Below are positions 43,154 to 50,144 of a stretch of 50,315 nt of DNA, in pieces; position 1 is the first letter of the stretch, and each line of letters starts with the position of its first letter. The notes under the pieces are model-generated. The model did no database searches. It was not told the origin of the DNA and worked only from the letters and a program-made list of their open reading frames with translations. Source of the stretch: Beijerinckiaceae bacterium (lineage in GTDB: Bacteria > Pseudomonadota > Alphaproteobacteria > Rhizobiales > Beijerinckiaceae); contig JBOFUS010000149.1 of the NCBI GenBank assembly GCA_051652685.1, positions 1-50,315 of the forward strand, given 5' to 3'. The translations under genes and the position numbers were made by a program.

Positions 43154-44440
43154 TCAGCCGCACTTTTTCAGGACGGTGTTGTAGTTGCCGCACTTGAGGT
43201 TGACCCAGTCGGCTTCGAGATCCTTCGAGCCAGGCAGGTGGTCGGTCCAGGCGTCGCCCGCCACCAGATCCTTCGTCTGCCACACGACATCGAACTGGCC
43301 ATCGCCGCGCACTTCGCCGATCAGGACCGGCTTGGTGATGTGGTGGTTGGCGAGCATCTTCGACATGCCGCCAGTCAGATTCGGTGCCTCGATGCCCGGC
43401 AGCGCCTCGATGACCGCATCGGGAGCGACGGACTTCGCCTTCTCGATGGCCTTGATCCACATGTTGAAGCCGATCACATGGGCTTCCATGGGATCATTGG
43501 TCACGGCCTTCGGGTTCTTCTTGTAGGCCTGCCAGGCCTTGATGAAGGCCTCGTTGGTCGGGTTCTTGACCGACTGGAAGTAGTTCCAGGCGGCAAGATG
43601 GCCGACAAGCGGCTTCGTGTCGATGCCGGCGAGTTCTTCCTCGCCTACCGAGAAGGCGACGACCGGGATGTCGGTCGCCTTGACGCCCTGGTTGCCGAGT
43701 TCCTTGTAGAAAGGAACGTTGGCATCCCCGTTGATGGTGGAGACCACGGCCGTCTTCTTGCCGGCGGAACCGAAGCGCTTGATGTCGGAGACGATGGTCT
43801 GCCAATCGGAATGGCCGAATGGCGTGTAATTGATCAGGATGTCTTCCTGCGCCACGCCCTTGGACTTGAGATAGGCCTCGAGAATGCGGTTCGTCGTGCG
43901 CGGATAGACGTAGTCGGTGCCTGCGAGCACCCAGCGCTTCGCCTCGCCGCCATCCTTGCTCATCAGGTAATCGACGGCGGGGATGGCCTGCTGGTTCGGG
44001 GCGGCACCGGTGTAGAACACGTTGCGCTCGCTCTCCTCGCCTTCATATTGCACGGGGTAGAACAGGATGTTGTTCAGTTCCTTGAACACCGGCAGCACGG
44101 ACTTGCGCGACACCGAGGTCCAGCAACCGAAGACGGCGGACGAGCCGCCGGTGATGAGTTCACGCGCCTTTTCGGCGAACAGCGGCCAGTTCGATGCAGG
44201 GTCGACCACGACCGGCTCGAGCCTGCGGCCAAGCACGCCGCCCTTGGCATTCTGCTGCTCGATAAGCATCAGCATGACGTCTTTCAGCGTCGTCTCGGAA
44301 ATTGCCATGGTGCCCGAAAGCGAATGAAGAATACCAACCTTGATCGGCGCGCCCTGCGCGAAAGACGGACGCATGCCCATGGATAAGGCGGCAGCTCCGC
44401 CAGCGGCGGTGCCAAGGAGTGAACGGCGTGTCAGAGACAT
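43154..44440 (-). CDS. urtA: Urea ABC transporter substrate-binding protein UrtA (Tat-type signal)
   Basis: ATG at 44440 with GAGG 9 nt upstream. MSLTRRSLLGTAAGGAAALSMG, then IKVGILHSLSGTMAISE, 428 aa. Confidence 0.9.
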   Translation of the reverse strand: MSLTRRSLLGTAAGGAAALSMGMRPSFAQGAPIKVGILHSLSGTMAISETTLKDVMLMLIEQQNAKGGVLGRRLEPVVVDPASNWPLFAEKARELITGGSSAVFGCWTSVSRKSVLPVFKELNNILFYPVQYEGEESERNVFYTGAAPNQQAIPAVDYLMSKDGGEAKRWVLAGTDYVYPRTTNRILEAYLKSKGVAQEDILINYTPFGHSDWQTIVSDIKRFGSAGKKTAVVSTINGDANVPFYKELGNQGVKATDIPVVAFSVGEEELAGIDTKPLVGHLAAWNYFQSVKNPTNEAFIKAWQAYKKNPKAVTNDPMEAHVIGFNMWIKAIEKAKSVAPDAVIEALPGIEAPNLTGGMSKMLANHHITKPVLIGEVRGDGQFDVVWQTKDLVAGDAWTDHLPGSKDLEADWVNLKCGNYNTVLKKCG

Positions 44441-44482
44441 CGGATGAACCTCGGGTTTGGTGCGCGATTGCAACCTGAGCCT

Positions 44483-44498
44483 TGCAAGTCCCTTGCCA
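44483..44498 (-). promoter_or_regulatory. sigma54 (-24/-12) promoter motif upstream of urtA
   Basis: Minus strand reads TGGCAA-GGGAC-TTGCA, 43 nt upstream of ATG 44440. This fits the known nitrogen control of urt operons. Confidence 0.6.
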
Positions 44499-44894
44499 AA
44501 TGGCAGGTCCGTTGGCCTGGTCATGAATTCCGCGCTGTTGGTTATGCGGGAAAGCCCAGCCACCTGGCGCAACCGGATGCTGCGATCCTGCCGTTCGCAA
44601 CGGGTGCGGATGACATCATCGACGCGTTGTCGCAGCTCGCCGATGTCGTGGGTGCAACGCTCAAGGATGCGCCGCATGACTGGCTTCAACTCACGGGCGG
44701 CTCCATCGGCCTGCCGCTGGCACTGGTTGCGGCTGTCGCCTTCCCCCTTCCGGCGCTTCACGCTAACCTTCCGCAAGGGGGAGGCATGGAGTGCGCGCTA
44801 ACCGGAGTTCAGCACCACGACACGGAAGAATGGCACATCCGGAGAGCGGCGACAGCGGGCTCGGCCCTATGGTTCGCAATGGCGGCACTGGCTT

Positions 44895-44910
44895 GTTGGG
44901 AGCTCCCAAC
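44895..44910. other. parS-like 16-bp perfect palindrome upstream of repA
   Basis: GTTGGGAGCTCCCAAC. An identical copy lies at 46452-46467. It has the GTT...AAC 16-bp palindrome format of repABC centromere sites. Confidence 0.6.
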
Positions 44911-45076
44911 GCTTAAAGTCATTGACTAGGAATATATCCCATTGACTCCCCGTCGCATCGGGTTAACCTCCCATTAACGAAAAACCGTTTGTGAGAATCG
45001 ACGACAGGGCTCATGTTAACGGCGTGATGTGTGCGAGCGGTGTTCGAGCGTTAACAGCTCAGAACGGGTGGAGGCA

Positions 45077-46351
45077 ATGGTGGCGTCCGTGGGACGAGTG
45101 GCGGAAGAGGCAGCCGGAAAGCGTGCGGTGATGGATGATTCGCGCGCCATCGCGCGGCATGCCCATGACCTGTCTGCGCAGCTTCGCGCCATGAGCGAGG
45201 CGCTGTTTCCGCCCGAGGCCGCCAAGGCGCTCCGCCGTTTCACCTCTGGAGAGGCGGCACGCTGGATCGGCGTCTCGGATTCGCGGTTGCGCCAGCTGGC
45301 GCTGGCCGGCGAAGGCCCGCAGCCGCAGACCGGCCCTGGCGGCCGCAGGCTCTACACGCTGTCCGAGATCAACGCCGTGCGGCGCGTGCTGGCGGCTTCC
45401 GCCAAGGGCGCGGACCGCCGGGCCTATCTTCCGCACCGCACGCCGGATGAGAAACTCCAGGTTCTCGCCGTCACCAATTTCAAGGGCGGCTCCGGCAAGA
45501 CGACAACGGCGGCACATCTGGCGCAATATCTGGCGCTCAGGGGCTACCGGGTGCTGGCGATCGATCTTGATCCGCAGGCTTCGCTCTCGGCCCTTTACGG
45601 CACGCAGCCGGAGCTGGATGTGGCGGCAAACCAGACGCTGTTTGCCGCGCTCCGCTATGATGATCAGCGCCGGCCGCTCCGCGCGGTCATTCGCAAGACC
45701 TATGTCGAGGGGCTCGATCTCGTGCCGGGCAATCTCGAGCTGATGGAGTTCGAGCACGAGACCCCTCGCCTGCTCGCCCGTGGCCTCGCCGGGGCGCAAT
45801 CGCTGTTTTATGCCCGCGTCGCGGAGGCGCTGGACAGCGTGTCGGCGGACTATGACGTGGTGGTGCTGGATTGCCCGCCGCAGCTCGGCTTCCTGACGCT
45901 TGCCGCGCTGTGTGCGGCCACCGGCGTCATGGTGACGGTGCATCCGCAGATGCTGGACGTTGCGTCCATGAGCCAGTTCCTGCTGATGACGGATGATCTG
46001 CTGGAGGTCGTGCGCGAGGCCGGCGGCAGGCTGCAGTTCGATTTCTATCGCTATCTTGTCACCCGCCACGAGCCGCAGGACGGACCGCAGACCAAGGTGG
46101 TGGCGCTGTTGCGCAATCTCTTCGGCGATCATGTGCTGACCTCGCCGATGCTGAAATCCGCCGCCATCGCCGATGCGGGGCTCACCAAGCAGACGCTCTA
46201 CGAGATCGGCCGCGAAAGCATGACGCGCCAGACTTATGATCGCGCAGCCGAGGCGCTTGATCTTGTCAACAGCGAGATCGAGCGGCTGCTGCTCACGGTC
46301 TGGGGCCGCGACGTTTCCCATGTGCCGCAACCGGGGAGTGAAGCCCGATGA
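45077..46351 (+). CDS. repA: Partitioning ATPase RepA (ParA family)
   Basis: Deviant Walker A KGGSGKTTT; LAIDLDPQASLS. Start uncertain: ATG 45077, ATG 45131 or GTG 45029. The stop overlaps the repB start (ATGA). Confidence 0.9.
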   Translation: MVASVGRVAEEAAGKRAVMDDSRAIARHAHDLSAQLRAMSEALFPPEAAKALRRFTSGEAARWIGVSDSRLRQLALAGEGPQPQTGPGGRRLYTLSEINAVRRVLAASAKGADRRAYLPHRTPDEKLQVLAVTNFKGGSGKTTTAAHLAQYLALRGYRVLAIDLDPQASLSALYGTQPELDVAANQTLFAALRYDDQRRPLRAVIRKTYVEGLDLVPGNLELMEFEHETPRLLARGLAGAQSLFYARVAEALDSVSADYDVVVLDCPPQLGFLTLAALCAATGVMVTVHPQMLDVASMSQFLLMTDDLLEVVREAGGRLQFDFYRYLVTRHEPQDGPQTKVVALLRNLFGDHVLTSPMLKSAAIADAGLTKQTLYEIGRESMTRQTYDRAAEALDLVNSEIERLLLTVWGRDVSHVPQPGSEAR

Positions 46352-47508
46352 GCCGCAAAGCAACGCTTGATGCGCTTTTTGCGCCCAGACCTTCGGCGAA
46401 ACCCGAGGCCGCGCCGGAGCTGAAGTCTGCTGGCGAAGAGTTCCATAATGTGTTGGGAGCTCCCAACACGTCCGCGCCGGCCGAATCGCGCGCGTCGGCG
46501 GTGGCTGCCGTCGTGGCCGCCATGCCCGAGCAGCGCATGAACGCCGAGCAGCGCATGAATCCCGAGCGGATCCGTTCCGGCGCCATCGGGGCCATGGGTG
46601 CCAGCCTGCAGCAACTGAAGGCGAGTGCCGGCGAGGCAGAAGATCTTCGCCGGTCGCTCGCTGCCGGCGAGCATGTGCTGGAGATCGATCCGGCGTTGAT
46701 TGACCCGGCACCGGTGGCCGATCGGTTTCACACCGACGATGATGTTGCGCTCGCCGAGCTTGTCCATTCCATGCGGGAGAGCGGCCAGCAGGTGCCGGTG
46801 CTGGTCCGGCCACATCCCGCCACCGAGGGCCGCTGGCAGGCGGCCTATGGCCATCGCCGCATCCGCGCCGCGACAGCGCTTGGCATCCCCGTCAAGGCGA
46901 TTGTCCGGCAGCTTTCGGACGAGGCGCTGGCCATTGCCCAGGGCAAGGAGAACCTCGACCGGCGCGACCTCACCTATATCGAGAAGGCCTTCTTTGCCGC
47001 GGGTCTGGAGCGCGCGGGCTTCAGCCGTGCGACGCTCGGCCAGGCGCTCTCTGCCGACAAGGCGGATGTCTCGCGCTACCTCGCCATCGCGCGGGAGACG
47101 CCGGAGATGCTGGCGCGTCTGGTCGGCCCTGCGCCAAGGGTTGGCCGCGCCCGCTGGGCGGAACTGGCGGAAGCGTCGAAAGCCGCCGGCCCGCGGCTGG
47201 GTGATGTGATCGAGTTGCTGCCGCAGCTTCAGGTCTTCCAGCGGGCCGACAGCGATGTGCGTTTCCGTATTGCGCTGGCCAGGCTGGTTCAGAAACCGCT
47301 GGTGCGCACGGCCGCGCCTGCATTGGTGGCGGATGCGGAAGGCCGCGTCGTCGCTGTGCTGAACGGGGAGGGCCCAAAGCGGCGGATCGAGATGAATGAG
47401 GCACTTGCACCGGGTTTCGCGCGCTTCGTCGCGGATATGATGCCTGTGCTTTATGATCGCTGGCGGACGGCAAACGCCGACGCTGAACCCAAACCCCAAC
47501 CGGAGTGA
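46348..47508 (+). CDS. repB: Partitioning protein RepB (ParB family)
   Basis: 386 aa. ParB-box region PVLVRPHP...YQAAYGHRRIRAA and GKENLDRRDLTYIEKA. Lies between repA and repC. Confidence 0.9.
   Translation: MSRKATLDALFAPRPSAKPEAAPELKSAGEEFHNVLGAPNTSAPAESRASAVAAVVAAMPEQRMNAEQRMNPERIRSGAIGAMGASLQQLKASAGEAEDLRRSLAAGEHVLEIDPALIDPAPVADRFHTDDDVALAELVHSMRESGQQVPVLVRPHPATEGRWQAAYGHRRIRAATALGIPVKAIVRQLSDEALAIAQGKENLDRRDLTYIEKAFFAAGLERAGFSRATLGQALSADKADVSRYLAIARETPEMLARLVGPAPRVGRARWAELAEASKAAGPRLGDVIELLPQLQVFQRADSDVRFRIALARLVQKPLVRTAAPALVADAEGRVVAVLNGEGPKRRIEMNEALAPGFARFVADMMPVLYDRWRTANADAEPKPQPE
46452..46467. other. Second parS-like palindrome, inside the 5' part of repB
   Basis: GTTGGGAGCTCCCAAC, extendable to the 20-bp palindrome gtgttgggagctcccaacac (46450-46469). 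Confidence 0.6.
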
Positions 47509-47513
47509 TCCCG

Positions 47514-47569
47514 CAAAAGGAAAAAGGCCCCCAAACGTCTCCGTCCGGAAGCCCTTCTCTGGTGTAAGC
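47514..47569 (-). ncRNA. Predicted repABC counter-transcribed RNA (ctRNA, incA/repE-type) in the repB-repC spacer
   Basis: Minus strand has CTTGAC (47600-47605), 17 nt, then GATTCT (47576-47581). Downstream is an 11-bp stem with G-U pairs, ggcuuccggac/guuugggggcc (47526-47553), plus UUUUUCCUUUU. The predicted RNA is about 55 nt, as in characterised repABC systems. Confidence 0.55.
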
Positions 47570-47663
47570 AGCAAGAGAATCACACTTCCGCAAATCGCTG
47601 TCAAGAGTCGGTCGTCGTTCTGACGGGTCAAAGTCCCTTTGCCTCAAGGAAGGCAGTAGACCC

Positions 47664-49058
47664 ATGCACCAGCACCTTGTCACGACGCCCTTCGGGCGGC
47701 GGCCAGCCTCGCTTGCCCAGATCGCAGCCCATGCCGCGCTGCGCGACAGCATCGCTGAAGCCGCAGAGCCCGGCTCCAACCGGCCGGAAGCGGTCGAGAA
47801 ATGGCGGCTGTTCCGCACGTTGACGGAGGTGCGCGCCGCACTTGGCGTTTCGGACCGCGCGCTTGGTGTGCTCAACGCGCTGCTCAGCTTTCATCCCGAG
47901 ACGGCGCTGACGCTGCCGCAACCCGACGAGCCTGATCCCATCGGGCTGGTGGTCTTTCCGTCCAACCGGCAGCTGGCGCTCAGGGCGCATGGCATGTCCG
48001 AGGCGACGCTGCGGCGTCATCTGGCAGCTCTCGTCGAAGCCGGACTGATCGCGCGGCGGGACAGCCCCAACGGCAAGCGCTACGCCCGCAAGGGCGGACG
48101 CGGCGCAGCGGGCGAAATCACAAAAGGGACAATCACACATGCCTTCGGGTTCGACCTGACGCCTCTGGTGGCGCGCGCGCCGGAGTTCGAGGCGCTGGCA
48201 GAGGAGGCAGCCTGCAACCGCCGCCGCGTGCAGGCGCTGAAGGAGGCGATTTCGCTGCGCCGCCGCGACATCGAGAAACTGCTGGCACTGGCGCTCGATG
48301 AACTCGACGGCGCGCAGCTTTCTGCGGACTGGGAGGCCCGCCGCCTGCGGTTCATGGGCCTGATGATGCCGATCCGCCGCATCAGCGACGAGGCTTTGCT
48401 GGCGAGGCTCGGCGCAACACTGGCTGCGTTGCGCGCCGAGATCGTCAGTGCTCTGGAATCTTTCGCTTCTTCTCAAAATTCAAGCGGCAATGACGCCCGG
48501 ATTGCGCGGCTCCAATCTAATACAAATGCAGATGCCTACAACGATCTTGAACCTGCCTCAAAAACGAAAGGGGGCGACGCTTGCGTTCCTCCCGCATCCA
48601 CAGCTTTTCTGGACAGCAAAGCGCCGGAAACGAAGGCGTTTCCCGAAACCAAATCCTGTTCGCTGGGGCTGGTGATGGAGGCGTGTCCTGACGTGGCCGA
48701 TTACGCCCCTTCCGGCCGGGTGAAGACCTGGAGCGATTTCCTGGAGGCGACCGCCGCGATCCGATCCATGATCGGCATCAGCCCCGATGCTTTCGCGGAA
48801 GCGCAGCAGGCGTTGGGCCGAACCGAGGCCCATGTGGCCGTGGCGACGATCCTGCAACGCTCGATCCATTCCACCGAAGCGCTGCGATCCCCCGGATCGG
48901 CCCATGTGACGGTGAATGGCTCGCCCGCGATCCAGTCGGCCGGAGGCTATCTGCGGGCCCTGACCGGGAAAGCGAGGGCAGGGGAGTTTGCGCTGGGGCC
49001 GGTGCTGATGGCGCTGATCGGCCAGCGGCTGAAGGCGAAGCGGGGGCGGGGGGCGTGA
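47664..49058 (+). CDS. repC: Replication initiator RepC
   Basis: 464 aa. MHQHLVTTPFGRRP...WRLFRTLTEVRAALGVSDRALGVLNALLSFHPE...FPSNRQLALRAHGMSEATLRRHLAALVEAGLI is typical of RepC. AAGGAAGG precedes the ATG. Confidence 0.9.
   Translation: MHQHLVTTPFGRRPASLAQIAAHAALRDSIAEAAEPGSNRPEAVEKWRLFRTLTEVRAALGVSDRALGVLNALLSFHPETALTLPQPDEPDPIGLVVFPSNRQLALRAHGMSEATLRRHLAALVEAGLIARRDSPNGKRYARKGGRGAAGEITKGTITHAFGFDLTPLVARAPEFEALAEEAACNRRRVQALKEAISLRRRDIEKLLALALDELDGAQLSADWEARRLRFMGLMMPIRRISDEALLARLGATLAALRAEIVSALESFASSQNSSGNDARIARLQSNTNADAYNDLEPASKTKGGDACVPPASTAFLDSKAPETKAFPETKSCSLGLVMEACPDVADYAPSGRVKTWSDFLEATAAIRSMIGISPDAFAEAQQALGRTEAHVAVATILQRSIHSTEALRSPGSAHVTVNGSPAIQSAGGYLRALTGKARAGEFALGPVLMALIGQRLKAKRGRGA
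48455..48660. other. Lower-GC stretch inside repC, candidate oriV
   Basis: Visibly AT-enriched (tctttcgcttcttctcaaaattcaagc...ctccaatctaatacaaatgcagatgcctacaacgatcttgaacctgcctcaaaaacgaaag). In studied repABC plasmids the origin lies within repC in an A+T-rich segment. Confidence 0.45.
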
Positions 49059-50144
49059 GAGCGTCGGCCGCCGTCATCAACTCAGATTGGATATGTTTTC
49101 AAGGTCTGAGTTTTAGGTCTGAGGACGGCATTCGCGATGGTGATGAGCTTTCGCATGACGGCGACGAGAGCGACTATTGGTTTCTTGCCTTTGGCGATGA
49201 GGCGGTCGTGGAAGGGCTTGAGCTGAGGGTTGTATCGCGAGGCCGAGAGGGCAGCCATGAAGAGGGTTGGTCTGACCTTTTCCCTGCCGCCTCTGACCTT
49301 GCGATAAGCATCCCGCTCCCCGCTCTGTTTGGGGTGAGGGGCAAGGCCGGCGAGGCTTGCGGCGCTTCGCCGGTTGAGGGTGCCGAGTTCGGGCATGGTT
49401 GCGAGAAGCTCGCTGGCTGTAGTGGTGCCGATGCCCTTGATAGTGGCGAGGGTCTTGAGGTCCCGGGACAAGGTCCGATGCTCCTTGATCAGGGTTGCGA
49501 TGTCCTTCTCGAGGCTGGCGAGCTCGGCCTCGAGGGTTCTGACGACGGTCTCTATCGTGCGTTCGGCCGGGTGTACGCCAGGCATGGCGCGGCGGTTTTT
49601 CCAGCTGGCGAGGGTTTGGACGAGGTCACGCCTTGTGGAGACAAGGGATTGAAGTTTCAGGCGTTCAGGATCCCTGGCTTGCCAGGGCTCGAGCTCCTCG
49701 CGCCGATCCCTGGCGAAGCGGGCAAGCCATTTTGCGTCGATGGCGTCGGTCTTGGCGATGCCCCCATGGGAGCGGATAAAGGCCTTGACCTTGCGGGCAT
49801 CGGCCCGATGGACAAGGACACCCGCTTCCAGCATGGCCGCGAGCAAGGGAGCTTCATACCCGCCGGTCGCCTCGCACAGGACGAGGCAATCGCCATCCAG
49901 GCTTCGGGCAAAAGCACCCAGCGCCTCGAGGTGATTGACGAGCGTGCGGGTCTTGCCTGAAGCACTGTCGAAGACGACGATCTCCTTCTTGCCGACATCG
50001 CAGCCGATGAAGCGGGTGGCGGAACTGGGCAGGCACACCATGGGCTGATATCCTTCTACAAGCTTGCGATTGTCTGCGGACATGCCCACGACGGGAGAGG
50101 TCCATGCAACTCATCAAGCGATTGCGGAAAGCGACCGGTCGATC
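49059..50144 (-). mobile_element. IS110-family insertion sequence (ends not defined)
   Basis: A single DEDD-type transposase gene immediately after the repC stop. No terminal inverted repeats are obvious, as is usual for IS110. The right boundary is only a guess. Confidence 0.4.
49082..50041 (-). CDS. IS110-family transposase
   Basis: Start taken at ATG 50041, with GAAGGA 9 nt upstream (MVCLPSSATRFIGCDVGKKEIVV). C-terminal LATIKGIGTTTASELLATMPELG...ASLAGLAPHPKQSG is typical. The longer GTG start at 50089 is possible. Confidence 0.85.
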   Translation of the reverse strand: MVCLPSSATRFIGCDVGKKEIVVFDSASGKTRTLVNHLEALGAFARSLDGDCLVLCEATGGYEAPLLAAMLEAGVLVHRADARKVKAFIRSHGGIAKTDAIDAKWLARFARDRREELEPWQARDPERLKLQSLVSTRRDLVQTLASWKNRRAMPGVHPAERTIETVVRTLEAELASLEKDIATLIKEHRTLSRDLKTLATIKGIGTTTASELLATMPELGTLNRRSAASLAGLAPHPKQSGERDAYRKVRGGREKVRPTLFMAALSASRYNPQLKPFHDRLIAKGKKPIVALVAVMRKLITIANAVLRPKTQTLKTYPI

